A DNA stretch of 32,000 nucleotides. It comes from Candidatus Saccharimonadota bacterium. Its GTDB lineage: Bacteria > Patescibacteriota > Saccharimonadia > Saccharimonadales > Saccharimonadaceae. A program made the position numbers and the translations under genes. Of the stretch, positions 22,128 to 30,876 are shown piece by piece. The notes beneath the pieces are model-generated. The model was not told the origin of the DNA and did no database searches. It worked only from the letters and a program-made list of their open reading frames with translations. Each line of letters starts with the position of its first letter. The stretch's first letter is position 1. Location of the stretch: positions 510,001 to 542,000 of the forward strand of contig JBAQRV010000001.1 of the NCBI GenBank assembly GCA_049296095.1. The letters run 5' to 3'.

Positions 22128-24818
22128 ATGCCGACAAGTACTCTTCCTGATAGCGACCAGGACAAAGACAAGCTGATTAGCAAGAATGAATCAGACGAGC
22201 TATTCAACCGTGTCTATGGAGACGATGTTGCACGTGGACTTAAGCAGGCGGAAGAGACAGGCTCTGCTCCAACAACAGACGAATCGGCCCGAGACGCCGA
22301 GAATAGCGGAGAGGGAATCCCCTCGACCTACGCCAATAAAGTAACTGGTAACCCAAGCAGATCAAACAATTCAAAGCTAGAAAGAGCTCTCTCGTTTGCT
22401 CGGAAGCGCGGCGGCATTATTGGATTGATTGGATTACTTAGTGTTGGTGGCGGATTAATGGCAGCTTTGTTTGCACCCACAGGCATGCTGATTAACCTTA
22501 TGGAAAATTTTTCGCTGTCGAATGATACCTCTTCGACCGCACTCGAACGACGATTTATGAAAGCGTTTGGCTTCTCAACCCAAGACGGTTCAGTAGTGTG
22601 TACAGGAAGTAAAATCAAATGTGACAAGATGGATAGGATATCGAACAAGGGGCTATATCAGCTGCAAAAAAAGTCTGGTATAGTTGCTGTCTTTGGTGAC
22701 ACCGTTTATGACGGCACGCGAACTGGATATCCTGCCACTCAACCAACACATTTTGATTTAGATCTTGGTGATGGAAAGGGGATTCAGCGAATACCAGCAG
22801 GTAGCCTCTCTCAAACTCTTGTTGATAACCCTCGGTTGGCCGCAAAAGTACTTGGCACAGGTGGCGCTGTCAACTTACGCGTCAAGTCCTGGATGGGGAA
22901 ACATATCACCAACAAATTCTACAAAAAGTTCGACATAAAGAGAAACGGAGGGTTGGCAGATGGCACCAATAACACTGGGACTTCTGCAGAGCGACGTAGC
23001 GCACTCCTTAAAAAGTTAGTAGCAAGTATTCCAGACGCTTCAGATATTTCTGGTGTCACTAGCAATATAGAAGCAAAAGTTAGTAGTCAGCTTGGAAAAG
23101 CAAAGAAGGGTGGGGCAGGATATGTCGTCGCGGTTGCGAGTTGTATTGGGGTGAAAGCGCCAATGTATGTTGCGGCAGGTGTTGCTGCCGTTCAGCTCGC
23201 CCAAATACTACCAGTGGTGATGGACGTCGTGTTGTCGCCGGGTGCAAAGGCAAAGTCCGTCGCGATTGGAAGCGGATTTACAGCCGATGATATGGAAGGT
23301 ATTGGAACACTACTCACAGAAGAAACATTGGATCCAAACACGGGCGAATATAGTTCGGCGCTTGACTCGCCGATACTCCAATCGGCGGCAGGAATAAACA
23401 CAGGAAGACCCGAGCTTTCGTCATCCCTTACACCAGGCCTCGCATATCTTACTTCACCTCTCATCATTGCATCCTTTAATGCCAGTAAGGTGACAGAGCC
23501 TGCCTGTAACGCCATCATGAGCCCGGTTGCTATGTATACCGCAATGGCAGTTGACGCTGCGGTTACCGTCGCCGCATCGGCAACAATTATAGGTGGTATT
23601 GTCAAAATAGCAGGCTCTCTCGTTATATCGGAGGTTGCCGCAGAGGTCGTCGGACCAATCCTCGCCAATGCAGCAGGGCCGACATTGGTAGAATTAGCAA
23701 AAAACGATGCAATACCCAATGCGAGGGGGGAGGCCCTCGGTGATCTTCTTGGTATTAGCGCAACCGGATTCTTTTCTGCTGGTGGTATGTCGCGACATCT
23801 TCCTGTTCTCACAGAATCTCAGGTCGCCGATTTCGCGGTAGTAAAGCAAGAAAATGATGACTTTAATAAAGAGATGGAAATCGCATCGCTCAGTCCATTT
23901 GATGTCTCTAGTCGCAATACTTTCCTAGGAAGTATTGTCTATAATCTGCAAATGGGTGTTATGTCTAGTCCAAACTATACGGGTGGGGTTTCATCAATTT
24001 TATCAAGCATTCTGAATCTCCCTGCCTTTACACTCTCGTCAAAAACAAGTGCAGCAACTGGCACCACACCGAATGATTGTAGTTATGCAAAGGACTTCGG
24101 TCTCGATACCGGCGACCCAACAACGACCCCGGCAATCAACCTTTCCGGCTTACCTTGTCCCGGTATCACGTCCGAACAGGCGAATATGCCAACTGGGCAA
24201 GCGCTTGATCTTATTGCGGACCAGGGGTGGTTTGATGAAGAGAAGGATATTAGCGACGATGCAACAATTGAAGATCTGGTCTCGAGCGGATATATCAGAG
24301 AGGAAACGCCTTTGTATGATTATATTCAGGATTGTAGTAACCCAGAGACGGGTGATTATATTTATAACTCTCCTGGGTGCACCATTAACACTGAGCCGGG
24401 TACAAAGACTGTCGCTGAACTTAATGGATCGGTAGATAACGTCCCTATCTGTGAAGGTAATGGGGAAGATATAACCTGTACTCCTGATTCTAATCAAAGC
24501 ATCGCGGTGAATCCTGATGCACTCACAGCAATACCCGTATTCTTACTTGATTACCAAGTTCACCAGATATTCAATGGTGAGGATGACAATAGTACCCAGA
24601 CCAGCGAAACTGCTACGGCCGCAGAAGAGGCGCTCGTCACAGAGGTCGAGGCTCCAATAAAATCAAATAGTGTTGCTTCTGACCAGCCCGTATATAACAG
24701 TTCACTTCTTACATACAATCCATCTTCACTAGATTGTTTTATAGACTCTAGAAACACCCTTGATAGGTGCTTACGTGATGTACAACACCTTCCTTACCAA
24801 ATACTGGGGATTGCGTGA
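22128..24818 (+). CDS. large orphan membrane protein of the T4SS-like operon
   Basis: 896 aa: a charged N-terminal tail, a transmembrane helix (IIGLIGLLSVGGGLMAALFA), Ala/Gly/Val-rich hydrophobic stretches mid-protein, and a C-terminal region of about 250 aa with 10 Cys. No recognisable domain. Confidence 0.75.
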   Translation: MPTSTLPDSDQDKDKLISKNESDELFNRVYGDDVARGLKQAEETGSAPTTDESARDAENSGEGIPSTYANKVTGNPSRSNNSKLERALSFARKRGGIIGLIGLLSVGGGLMAALFAPTGMLINLMENFSLSNDTSSTALERRFMKAFGFSTQDGSVVCTGSKIKCDKMDRISNKGLYQLQKKSGIVAVFGDTVYDGTRTGYPATQPTHFDLDLGDGKGIQRIPAGSLSQTLVDNPRLAAKVLGTGGAVNLRVKSWMGKHITNKFYKKFDIKRNGGLADGTNNTGTSAERRSALLKKLVASIPDASDISGVTSNIEAKVSSQLGKAKKGGAGYVVAVASCIGVKAPMYVAAGVAAVQLAQILPVVMDVVLSPGAKAKSVAIGSGFTADDMEGIGTLLTEETLDPNTGEYSSALDSPILQSAAGINTGRPELSSSLTPGLAYLTSPLIIASFNASKVTEPACNAIMSPVAMYTAMAVDAAVTVAASATIIGGIVKIAGSLVISEVAAEVVGPILANAAGPTLVELAKNDAIPNARGEALGDLLGISATGFFSAGGMSRHLPVLTESQVADFAVVKQENDDFNKEMEIASLSPFDVSSRNTFLGSIVYNLQMGVMSSPNYTGGVSSILSSILNLPAFTLSSKTSAATGTTPNDCSYAKDFGLDTGDPTTTPAINLSGLPCPGITSEQANMPTGQALDLIADQGWFDEEKDISDDATIEDLVSSGYIREETPLYDYIQDCSNPETGDYIYNSPGCTINTEPGTKTVAELNGSVDNVPICEGNGEDITCTPDSNQSIAVNPDALTAIPVFLLDYQVHQIFNGEDDNSTQTSETATAAEEALVTEVEAPIKSNSVASDQPVYNSSLLTYNPSSLDCFIDSRNTLDRCLRDVQHLPYQILGIA

Positions 24819-26098
24819 TGAATATCGCTAAAAGACTATCATTAGTATTTACAGGATTTATTTTCGCAATTGCGACACTGACTACTATTGGGGCTCCTGT
24901 TCGTGCGGTTGAGGTACTTTGTGATTATGACTTCTTTGACTCGAATGATATTCAGTTCTGGGATCCATGTGAATCAACGAGTTGTTCAGGATTTGATCCA
25001 GGGCAATTATCAGCAGCCTCAAACCTTGATTATAAAAAGAAGCAGATATTGAACCAGGCACAGATGGCAACGTTAGAGAAAAATCTCCCTTTCTATAAAA
25101 AGGCTGCTACGTCATCAAAAATTCCTTGGCAAATCCTTGCGACACTTCATATTGTTGAAACGGGTCTTTTGAAAGCTGGTCCAGCCAACGGTCATGGGCC
25201 GTATCAAGTGCCATCTGAAACTTATAAAATAGGTGCTTATGAAGATGCCGACTTCGAAGACGCTTCTACAAAAGCGGCGGCATATATTAAACAATTGGCC
25301 GAGGGGCGAGACCTATCAGAACAAGATAGTGTCAAATATGTTTTATTTAAACATAGCGGTGCGCAAGCGGTGTATGTACAACAGGCTAAGGATCTCGGTT
25401 TTACTGATGGGCAAGCGGCGATTGGCGAGGGGTCACCTTATGTTATGAATATTGCCGATACACAACGAGATCCAACACTTAAAAGCGTCAAGGACGGTAA
25501 GACGTGGGGTGAATTAAAGACCAGCACCGCAACCACTCTGACATATCCTGCTAAACCGTATTATGGGGCCTATGTCATTTATGCATCAATTGCCGGCATT
25601 AAACTGTCTGGTGGGTGTAATGGTGGCCTGATCTCTGGTGGCATGGATTTAGAGGAGGCAAAGGCCTTTATGCGTACCTATATAGATAGTCCTGATAGTG
25701 TTAATTATCTTGGTGGAGCCTGGTCAGATCCAGTTTTTGGACCACTAGCTAACTGTGTTAGCTTCTCGAATTATTTTGTAAATAAATACACAACCCTACG
25801 ATCAACATCAGGAATGGGTGCGACCCTGGCAGGAAATTTCCTGAGCGCACATCCTGAGGTACCAAATGGCACAGAGCCGCAGCCCTACTCTCTATTTAGC
25901 ACCCCCGGCCCAACCAGTGATGGACACACAGGTATTATTCTCGGTGTGAACGAAGAGACAGGAACAATGATCGTCGGTGACCAGGCTTGGGGGCATGCAT
26001 TACGTCTTCCGAGAGAAATGGCGATCGCAGATTTTAATCGACAGTATGGTCAACCAACGTACGCTTATCTGTCTGATTTTCTTAAGGAGGATTTGTGA
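24815..26098 (+). CDS. secreted bifunctional peptidoglycan hydrolase (lytic transglycosylase-like plus CHAP/NlpC-P60-like), PrgK/VirB1 analogue
   Basis: 427 aa with a signal peptide. SLT-like IPWQILATLHIVETG...GHGPYQV. The C-terminus has ANCVSFSNYFV...DGHTGIILGV...GDQAW, which fits a Cys-His papain-fold amidase. The start overlaps the upstream stop (GTGATG). Confidence 0.75.
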   Translation: MMNIAKRLSLVFTGFIFAIATLTTIGAPVRAVEVLCDYDFFDSNDIQFWDPCESTSCSGFDPGQLSAASNLDYKKKQILNQAQMATLEKNLPFYKKAATSSKIPWQILATLHIVETGLLKAGPANGHGPYQVPSETYKIGAYEDADFEDASTKAAAYIKQLAEGRDLSEQDSVKYVLFKHSGAQAVYVQQAKDLGFTDGQAAIGEGSPYVMNIADTQRDPTLKSVKDGKTWGELKTSTATTLTYPAKPYYGAYVIYASIAGIKLSGGCNGGLISGGMDLEEAKAFMRTYIDSPDSVNYLGGAWSDPVFGPLANCVSFSNYFVNKYTTLRSTSGMGATLAGNFLSAHPEVPNGTEPQPYSLFSTPGPTSDGHTGIILGVNEETGTMIVGDQAWGHALRLPREMAIADFNRQYGQPTYAYLSDFLKEDL

Positions 26099-26808
26099 AT
26101 TTAAGTTTTGAAGCAAGACGAAGACTCTTTATTACTGCTATTATTTTCTTTCTTGTTCTCGTCGTAACTGTAGTGTTCTTTTATGCTTTCCGTGGTAATC
26201 CGTATGGCGACGAAGTTATTATTAAGAATTATCGAGAGACAGTTAAAAACCTCTCAGGCGATTATGAGAACCTTATTATGAGTTCCTTGTATCACACGAT
26301 TGATTTAAATATGGATAATGTCCCAGAGATACAAGATGCAACAATTAGAAATGATAGTGCAACACAAACCTATGAAAAGACTGATAATGTCTATCGTGGT
26401 AGTTTTATTGTTGATATGGAAAGTATTAAACAGTCTTATTTTGTTGAATATTCATACTCGCCAGACCCTAATAGTTCAGCTATAGGTGGTTATGCAATTA
26501 TTGTTTCGTGTCTCCCCGTTGATGACTTGATCTATGGCGATTTTAACTGCAAAGATTCTCTTACTATCGAATCGGGAGATACTGATCCAATCGTTGGTGT
26601 CCTTCCTCATTCAACTCTCACTTATGAAATTAAAGCTATCGCTAATGAGGATAGCTCTGTGCGTCTTGTTATTACCTTATTACTTACTCGTGTTGATTAT
26701 AATACCCGCGAAGCAGAGGCGGTCGAGCAGTATAAACAAGAGGCTCTCAGCTGGCTCCGTACACAAGGGTATAACCCTGACAACTATTCTATTGAATATA
26801 TTTATTAA
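26095..26808 (+). CDS. bitopic membrane protein in the PrgL/VirB8 position
   Basis: 237 aa with a GTG start overlapping the upstream stop and ribosome-binding site AAGGAGG. One N-terminal transmembrane helix (LFITAIIFFLVLVVTVVFFYAF) and an ectodomain of about 200 aa. Confidence 0.7.
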   Translation: MNLSFEARRRLFITAIIFFLVLVVTVVFFYAFRGNPYGDEVIIKNYRETVKNLSGDYENLIMSSLYHTIDLNMDNVPEIQDATIRNDSATQTYEKTDNVYRGSFIVDMESIKQSYFVEYSYSPDPNSSAIGGYAIIVSCLPVDDLIYGDFNCKDSLTIESGDTDPIVGVLPHSTLTYEIKAIANEDSSVRLVITLLLTRVDYNTREAEAVEQYKQEALSWLRTQGYNPDNYSIEYIY

Positions 26809-27851
26809 TCCAACTGCACATGGTGAAAAGTATCACCCCTCGATAAAGTGTGTGTACTGGTAATCACAATCTGATGCGTTCGAATAGTATCACTTAGGGC
26901 TTTTTGGCGGCTAAGGTCGAGTTCGGAGAAGACGTCGTCTAAGAGGATGAGGGGCTTGTTGCCCGAGAGCTGCTCAATGATATCAACTTCTAGGAACTTG
27001 AGCGCTAGGACGATCGTACGGGCTTCTCCACGGGATGCAACGGCTAGGGCGGGGGAGTTGTTGAATTGAAAAATGACATCATGGCGGTGTGGTCCGACAG
27101 AAGTGTTGCCGACGAGGCGATCGCGGTCGCCGTGGGCTTGAAGTTCGGCCAGGAGTTTTTGTTTTATATCACCCACGAAAGTGTGGGAATAATGAATTGA
27201 GACGGCGTCATTTGTCTGGGCAATGTCGTGGTAGGCTTCGTTCAGACGACTATTAAGTTGTTCAATAAACGCGATGCGCTGTTCAATTAAATAAGCACCG
27301 TGATCACTAAGGGCTATATCCCAAGCAAACAACTGATCGGATGGGGTATTAAATCGTTTCAAAAGATTGTTACGCTGGCGAAGGGCGCGTTCATATTTTC
27401 TCAGAGCGACTCCATAGAGTGGATTAAGTTGCGAGATGAATCGATCAATAAACTGTCGGCGGCGAGCTGGAGAGCCGTGAAGGAGGCGGAGATCTTCTGG
27501 TTCAAATAGAACAACTGGGTATTTATGTTTTGGGGCGAGCCGGGCGGTTGTTTTTGTATCGATCACAAACTGTTTGCGAGCCGAGGGGCGAGCCGGGTCA
27601 TATTTGATGGTGCGTTTTTCTTCACCGTCGAGAATAATATCTATCTTCCACCAGGGTTGATCGGCTTGAAGAATGTCGCTATCACTACCTTTAAATGATG
27701 AGCCCTGAAGGGCTATATATAAAGATTCGAGAAGGGTTGTTTTTCCACTTCCGTTCGGGCCAGTAATAACCGTCACGCCGCTCGCCAGATCAATCTCGTA
27801 CTGACGGTGTGAGCGAACGTTTTGAACGGCTAATTTACTGACCGTTGCCAT
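26805..27851 (-). CDS. recF: DNA replication and repair protein RecF
   Basis: 348 aa. Walker A GPNGSGKTTLLESL and a C-terminal LLLDDVFSELD signature. Confidence 0.93.
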   Translation of the reverse strand: MATVSKLAVQNVRSHRQYEIDLASGVTVITGPNGSGKTTLLESLYIALQGSSFKGSDSDILQADQPWWKIDIILDGEEKRTIKYDPARPSARKQFVIDTKTTARLAPKHKYPVVLFEPEDLRLLHGSPARRRQFIDRFISQLNPLYGVALRKYERALRQRNNLLKRFNTPSDQLFAWDIALSDHGAYLIEQRIAFIEQLNSRLNEAYHDIAQTNDAVSIHYSHTFVGDIKQKLLAELQAHGDRDRLVGNTSVGPHRHDVIFQFNNSPALAVASRGEARTIVLALKFLEVDIIEQLSGNKPLILLDDVFSELDLSRQKALSDTIRTHQIVITSTHTLSRGDTFHHVQLD

Positions 27852-27855
27852 AGCT

Positions 27856-28956
27856 TTAGCTCTTTAGGGGCATAATGACGTGGTAATAATTCGTGTCTTT
27901 GAGGGTTGATTTCAAGATACATGGAGAAAGTTTACCACTAAAGCCTATTTCGATCGTGTCATCAGTTAAAACTGATAGTGCTTCAGCCAAGTAACGGGAA
28001 TTAAGGGTGATCTGACCACTCTCGTTGACGGTTGCGCTCAACTCAGAAGTGTTTTCTCCCATCTCGGAGGCAATTGAGTGGAGTGAGACAGTTTTCTTAT
28101 CCTTGTCGACAGTTAAAGTGACACTACCGCCAGATTCACGGGCGAATAGACCAGCTATTTTTGTGACACGGACAAATTCTTGCTTATCAATCACGGCGGT
28201 GATGTCTGATTTATTAGGAATCAGTTGGCGATAGTCAGGGAAATTACCATCAACTAGGCGACTAATGATCTCGGCTTCGTTAATGCGGAAACGAACCTGG
28301 GTTTCATCAAACAAAATATCAACCGTATCCGAATCTTCTACGATTGTGCGAAGTACCTCTTGAAGGGTTTGAACGGGTATAATGGCCGATACCTCACTCG
28401 TTGTTTCAACTAGGCGACGCTCAGATAAACGGTAGCCGTCAGTAGCAGCCAGGTAGAGTTGCCCCTCATGAGAGTGCCAATATACCCCTGTTAAAACTGG
28501 TCGAGTCGAGTCGGAGCTGGCGGTAATAATGGTTTGAGACACCGCTTGTTTGAAATCTTCAATATTAATTGAGTAACTGACCGATGATGACTCGTTGATA
28601 GTGGGAAGTTCTGGGAAGTCATCAGCAATAACACCATTAATGATCGAGGTGTAGTTACCTGATTTAAGATGAATATTATTGTTCACAACTTTCAATTCAA
28701 TTGAGTCCTTAGGGAGACTACTAACAAATTCTGAAATGAGACGAGCGGGGACGGTGATTGCCCCCGGCTTTGTGATCTTTGCGCCAATATATTGGGTTGT
28801 GGCAACTTCTAAGTTGGTTGCAGCGACAAGTAAACGATTACCGTCAGTTCTGAGAAGTATATTACTCAGAATAGGAAGCTGCGTTTTTGTACTGGCAACT
28901 CGTCCGACAGCTGACAATGCTCGAGCAAAATTTTCTTGTGTGACAATGAGCTCCAT
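27856..28956 (-). CDS. dnaN: DNA polymerase III beta sliding clamp
   Basis: 366 aa. The N-terminus L..AL..V.R......LPILSNILL matches, and the gene sits in dnaA-dnaN-recF synteny. Confidence 0.95.
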   Translation of the reverse strand: MELIVTQENFARALSAVGRVASTKTQLPILSNILLRTDGNRLLVAATNLEVATTQYIGAKITKPGAITVPARLISEFVSSLPKDSIELKVVNNNIHLKSGNYTSIINGVIADDFPELPTINESSSVSYSINIEDFKQAVSQTIITASSDSTRPVLTGVYWHSHEGQLYLAATDGYRLSERRLVETTSEVSAIIPVQTLQEVLRTIVEDSDTVDILFDETQVRFRINEAEIISRLVDGNFPDYRQLIPNKSDITAVIDKQEFVRVTKIAGLFARESGGSVTLTVDKDKKTVSLHSIASEMGENTSELSATVNESGQITLNSRYLAEALSVLTDDTIEIGFSGKLSPCILKSTLKDTNYYHVIMPLKS

Positions 28957-29003
28957 GTGTTATTCCTTTCTTATATTTCCTTAGTTCTCTTAATAGTAGG
29001 TAC

Positions 29004-29099
29004 TGTGGATTGGGTGTATAAGTGACCCATTAACGGGGGTAAATGTGCAAAAAAATGAGTGGATAATTGGGTATAAAAGGCGGGGATAAGTAGGGGTAA
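29004..29099. promoter_or_regulatory. DnaA-box cluster in the dnaA-dnaN spacer, the candidate downstream half of oriC
   Basis: AGTGGATAA at 29058-29066 (reverse complement TTATCCACT), CGGGGATAA at 29091-29099 and TGTGGATTG at 29004-29012. The consensus is TTATCCACA. Confidence 0.5.
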
Positions 29100-29232
29100 A
29101 AGTGACGGGTTATAGACAGCTGGTTGTGGGGATGTACTTTTTTGTAAAACGTCTGTGTATAAAGATCCACCGGTTGTACTACGAGCTTTTCGCAAGCTGT
29201 ACACATTTTTTACCCAGGCAGGGGATAGGGTA

Positions 29233-30606
29233 TTAGGCATAGAGTTTCTCCCGTATAGCAGCAACTTGTTCGCGAATCACAAAATCAAGCTTGATAGCTT
29301 TTTCAATCTTTTCAACCGAGTGGATCGCAGTGGTATGATCTTTTCGACCTAATTCACCAGCGATCTTAGGGAAACTTAAATGTAACTCACTACGAAGGAG
29401 ATACATGGCGATTTGACGAGGGGTAACGATGTGTTTATCTCTCTTTTCACTACACATCTCTTCTGTTTGAAGCTGGAAGTGCTTGGCTGTTCGGTCGATA
29501 ATTTGTTTGCTCGTAAGGTGTTGAGGCCTTGAGTGACGAACGTTTCCTAATAACCCTTCAGCGGTAGTGATATCTGGTTCAATATTATGAAGATCAGCAT
29601 AAGCAAGGAGTTGATTTAAAGCACCCTCAAGTTCACGAACATTAGTTTTTATGTTTGTAGCCAGAAACTCAACGGTCTCTTGATTAAGCTCGACACCTGA
29701 GAGAGATGCTTTGGCGGTAAGGATGGCACAGCGGGTTTCAAAATCAGGCATTTGAACATCAATTGCCATACCCATTTCAAAACGACTCCGTAAACGTTCT
29801 GTGAGCGTTGGGATACTGCGCGGCGGTTTATCACTACTGATAATAATCTGTTTATTATTTTGGTGAAGGAAGTTGAAGGTGTGGAAGAACTCTTCCTGGG
29901 TTTTTTCTTTATTAGCAATAAATTGCATATCATCAACAATCAAGACGTCGACGTTACGGTATTTATCAGAAAAGCCTTTTTTCTTGAATCGGATGTAATC
30001 GAGGAACTCGTTCACAAACGTTTCAGAACTCACATACAATACCTGTGCATTTGGATTCTTTTTAATAATTTCATTCCCGATCGCCTGCATGAGGTGGGTC
30101 TTACCCAACCCCACCCCACCGTAGAGATAGATAGGATTATATTTTACCCCCGGGTTGTCGGCGACGGCCTGAGAAGCGGTGTAGGCAAGATCGTTACTCG
30201 AGCCGACAATAAAGTTATCAAATGTGTAGCGGGGATTAAGGTTTCCATAACTCGACTGGCTCTGGGCCGGTGGTGCAAAAGAAAGAACGGGGGAGTTGGG
30301 CGTGCTTGTTTGAACAGGCGCGCTGCTTTGAAGGGTTGTCTCTCGATTGATCCGCGTTTTTTTACCAGCGACAATAATAGTGTAGGTTATTTGCTTTGGA
30401 GTCACCCCGTTAGAAGCTAAGACTTTTTTAATCTGTTCGTTAAACTTTACTTCGAATTGTTTCTTGGCAAAGATGTTAGGAACAGAGATAACCACCTCGT
30501 CCTCGTTCTGGCTAATGAGTTCGGTATTCTTGTACCACGTTGTGAAAGTGGCATGAGAAACCGTGAGTTCGATTTCCCCCAAGACACTTTGCCATAACGC
30601 GTTCAT
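29233..30606 (-). CDS. dnaA: chromosomal replication initiator DnaA
   Basis: AAA+ Walker A GGVGLGKTHL and the C-terminal DNA-binding helix-turn-helix region. The start is taken at MNALWQ (30606), which has GGGGAGAG upstream. The ORF-track start is 30657. Confidence 0.96.
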   Translation of the reverse strand: MNALWQSVLGEIELTVSHATFTTWYKNTELISQNEDEVVISVPNIFAKKQFEVKFNEQIKKVLASNGVTPKQITYTIIVAGKKTRINRETTLQSSAPVQTSTPNSPVLSFAPPAQSQSSYGNLNPRYTFDNFIVGSSNDLAYTASQAVADNPGVKYNPIYLYGGVGLGKTHLMQAIGNEIIKKNPNAQVLYVSSETFVNEFLDYIRFKKKGFSDKYRNVDVLIVDDMQFIANKEKTQEEFFHTFNFLHQNNKQIIISSDKPPRSIPTLTERLRSRFEMGMAIDVQMPDFETRCAILTAKASLSGVELNQETVEFLATNIKTNVRELEGALNQLLAYADLHNIEPDITTAEGLLGNVRHSRPQHLTSKQIIDRTAKHFQLQTEEMCSEKRDKHIVTPRQIAMYLLRSELHLSFPKIAGELGRKDHTTAIHSVEKIEKAIKLDFVIREQVAAIREKLYA

Positions 30607-30675
30607 CCCTAAAACTCTCCCCGGATATCTGTTACCTGAACTTTTATTACTTCTCACTATAGCGTAGGGCAGGGG

Positions 30676-30850
30676 TTTTCCACAACCATAAATGAATTAG
30701 AAAAAGGAGAGGCTGTATAGGGGTTCGAGTTGTACACAGTTATGGCCCACATCTGTTAAATATGTGGAAAAAGGGGACAATAGTGGGGATAAGTTTTATA
30801 TACTAATTCATTGTTTTGAAAAAAAGCAAATGGCAGACTTGAATAATAGG
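30676..30850. promoter_or_regulatory. Candidate oriC upstream half: DnaA boxes plus an AT-rich stretch
   Basis: TTTTCCACA at 30676-30684 with its inverted copy TGTGGAAAA at 30763-30771, TTGTACACA at 30730-30738 and TGGGGATAA at 30784-30792. An AT-rich run lies at about 30790-30850. Confidence 0.6.
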
Positions 30851-30876
30851 GGTGAATGGGGTAAAATGGTCAGGAT

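Noticed and set aside
23192-23812. 206-aa minus-strand ORF inside the 896-aa gene
   Set aside because: It is a shadow ORF of an Ala/Gly-rich coding region. The plus-strand frame is continuous for 896 codons and is operon-coupled.
30607-30657. Extended dnaA start (MRSNKSSGNRYPGRVLG)
   Set aside because: The conserved DnaA N-terminus begins at MNALWQ, and GGGGAGAG lies at the right distance upstream of the ATG at 30606.
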